A DNA stretch of 64,000 bases from an uncultured delta proteobacterium (lineage in GTDB: Bacteria; Desulfobacterota; RBG-13-43-22): the NCBI GenBank assembly GCA_963790475.1, contig CAWBOS010000012.1, positions 1,120,001 to 1,184,000 on the forward strand. Reading direction: 5' to 3'. Shown one piece after another: positions 62,495-64,000 of this stretch. Within the stretch, counting starts at the first letter, position 1. Each line of letters begins with the position of its first letter. The notes under the pieces are model-generated. The model did not search any database and was not told the DNA's origin. It worked only from the letters and a program-made list of their open reading frames with translations. The translations under genes and the position numbers were made by a program.

Positions 62495-62830
62495 TTAAAA
62501 AGATTTCCGATTGGCCAATAAAACATCGGCCAGAGTTTGCAAGTCTCGCAGAATAGGAACAATTCGTTGATCCGCCATTTCGTAATAAATGAAGGGGCCA
62601 TTTCTTTCCACCTTAACAAGCAGCGACCTCTTCAGCTCTTTCAGGTGATGGGAAACCAGGGGTTGGGAGAGTTTCAACTCCTCCACAATACGAGAAACAG
62701 ATTCTTTCCCATTGCTTAATAACAGAAGAATCCTCAAGCGGTTCTCATCCGAAAGGCTTTTAGCCAAAAAAGCGATGGTGGACAGATCTTCGGCCCATTG
62801 TGGTTTTTCCGATCGTTCTGTTTTCGACAC
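62495..62830 (-). CDS. ArsR/SmtB-family regulator heading the selenoprotein operon (TsoR-like)
   Basis: KSLSDENRLRIL, LSQPLVSHHLKEL and ERNG..IYY. Confidence 0.92.
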   Translation of the reverse strand: MSKTERSEKPQWAEDLSTIAFLAKSLSDENRLRILLLLSNGKESVSRIVEELKLSQPLVSHHLKELKRSLLVKVERNGPFIYYEMADQRIVPILRDLQTLADVLLANRKSF

Positions 62831-62987
62831 TCTTTTACCCTTTCTTTGAATCAGTTAAACTGCTTCTTGATGAAAAAAAATAGCCACCCCATTAATCATT
62901 TGCCAGGGCACGTTCCTTTTGGCTATTGTCAGGAGAGTCGTAGTATTTTCTCCTTACAAACACTTTATACATAAACATATTAATTGT

Positions 62988-63016
62988 AATTTATATATTG
63001 ATGATTCCTTTGTCAA
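62988..63016 (-). promoter_or_regulatory. Sigma70 promoter for the selenoprotein operon
   Basis: TTGACA-17 nt-TAAATT on the minus strand, back-to-back with the plus-strand TTGACA at 63044. Confidence 0.55.
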
Positions 63017-63043
63017 GAAAAATTTTTTTTCATAAAAAAATGC

Positions 63044-63075
63044 TTGACAACTGATTAAGTAATCTGCTAAATAGT
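63044..63075 (+). promoter_or_regulatory. Promoter/operator of the divergent ArsR gene; the TTAAGT-N5/6-CTAAAT box recurs at ~63563-63587
   Basis: TTGACA then TTAAGTAATCTGCTAAAT; downstream TTAAGTTATTACTAAATTACTTAA. Confidence 0.5.
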
Positions 63076-63107
63076 AAACAAAGACAAAAAAGATCAATCG
63101 GAGTATT

Positions 63108-63539
63108 ATGGAAATCCACTTAGATCCCCATGAAATGTTTAAAGTATTATCCGTGCCGACAAGGGTTAAAATTATGGAGCTATTAAAATCCGAAGGGCCA
63201 TTGGGGGTAAAGGATATTTCCGGGAAGATGGCCGTCACACCGGCGGCCGTGTCCCAGCATCTGAAATTGTTGAGGCAGGCGGGTCTGGTGACCAGTGAAA
63301 GAAAAGGGTACTGGATACCCTATTCGGTCAATGAAGCGGCCCTGGAAAACTATCGGCAGGTGTTCAATCAAGTCTGCACCTGCGGGTGTCAGGAATCCTG
63401 TCGGCTCAGCGAACGGGGATCGGAAAGGTTGAGTTTAGAGTCCCTGAAGGATTATGAGAAGGACCTGAAAAAGGAACTGAAAACAATCAAAGAAAGGATT
63501 CGAGCATTGGAATCTCAGGTGGCCACACAAGAGAAGTAA
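63108..63539 (+). CDS. ArsR/SmtB-family regulator with a C-terminal Cys cluster and coiled coil
   Basis: FKVLSVPTRVKI, AVSQHLKLLRQAGLV and VCTCGCQESC, then LKDYEKDLKKELKTIKERI. Confidence 0.92.
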   Translation: MEIHLDPHEMFKVLSVPTRVKIMELLKSEGPLGVKDISGKMAVTPAAVSQHLKLLRQAGLVTSERKGYWIPYSVNEAALENYRQVFNQVCTCGCQESCRLSERGSERLSLESLKDYEKDLKKELKTIKERIRALESQVATQEK

Positions 63540-63610
63540 GAAAAAAAAATTTCACAATTTTGTTAAGTTATTACTAAATTACTTAATTTAAAAGAAAGGA
63601 GAATGTTTTC

Positions 63611-64000
63611 ATGAAACAAAAAGAAAATCCCTTCAAAGAGAGTACAGGGATAAGGAAACTGGCAGAACAAATCACCCAAAAGACCATCGCCCCACAGGCG
63701 GGAGAAAGAGATCTGAAACAAATTTTCCCGAGGGATGGAATCCTTGCCCTTGGCCAGGCCGGCCTCTTATGCGCCGTCCTGTCGGAAGATCAGGGAGGTT
63801 CTGGTGTTGGGCGATTAGACTTTGTTTCAATGGTTACTGAAGTAGCCAAGGCCTGTGCCTCAACAGCTCTCATTTGGGTTTCCCACGTCATCGTGGCCAA
63901 GGCCCTCGAAGTTGCCGCGGCAGAAACCATAAGGAAGAAATGGTTGCCCCTGATGGCCAAAGGTCAGGCCCTAGGGGCGATTGCCGTACACGAACCGGAC
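63611..64000 (+). CDS. Acyl-CoA dehydrogenase family protein, N-terminal part (runs off the window)
   Basis: Hand translation: IAPQAGERD...FP...QGGSG...EVAKACASTAL...KWLPLMAKG...GAIAVHEPD; AAGGAG SD. Confidence 0.88.
   Translation, partial: MKQKENPFKESTGIRKLAEQITQKTIAPQAGERDLKQIFPRDGILALGQAGLLCAVLSEDQGGSGVGRLDFVSMVTEVAKACASTALIWVSHVIVAKALEVAAAETIRKKWLPLMAKGQALGAIAVHEPD

Overview
Bacterial genomic window, most likely from an anaerobic Desulfobacterota (Syntrophales/Desulfobacca-like) organism; the lineage is inferred from gene order and intergenic repeats. Layout: (1) 1-8.3 kb is accessory: a CoA-transferase, a B12-dependent radical SAM gene, a chimeric gene remnant, an integron-cassette-like run (HigBA-type toxin-antitoxin pair, deaminase, HAD, GNAT, HIT) separated by decayed attC-like hairpins, and a Phd-VapC pair. 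(2) 8.4-18 kb holds a 2-hydroxyacyl-CoA dehydratase pair split by a MITE-like element, DsbC, a collagen-like mini-lipoprotein, a pdaD-speB-DHS-like polyamine operon and two DinB paralogs. (3) 18-45 kb is core genome (comEC, murA, prmC, prfA, rpmE, rho, RluA-family, carD, Rrf2, rlmD, M18 peptidase, waaA, carAB, purF, kdsD, pfk). Several of these genes are broken by 1-nt indels that look like sequencing errors. (4) 45-57 kb is accessory again, with decayed genes, a two-component/ZraP-like module, TMEM175 and a large propeller/barrel protein. (5) 57-63.5 kb is the highlight. An ArsR-led minus-strand operon, fragmented in the ORF track, contains four small genes each with one in-frame UGA at a Cys-type position (LULAEC, QSGNPAUMTC, FYVUGVC, NEPNGKPU), each followed by a small GGU-loop SECIS-like hairpin. 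It reads as a four-selenoprotein operon linked to a repeated TVP38 / thioredoxin-like / BioB-like radical SAM module and an atypical DsrC/TusE-like protein. No rRNA, tRNA, CRISPR array, integrase or transposase was seen.
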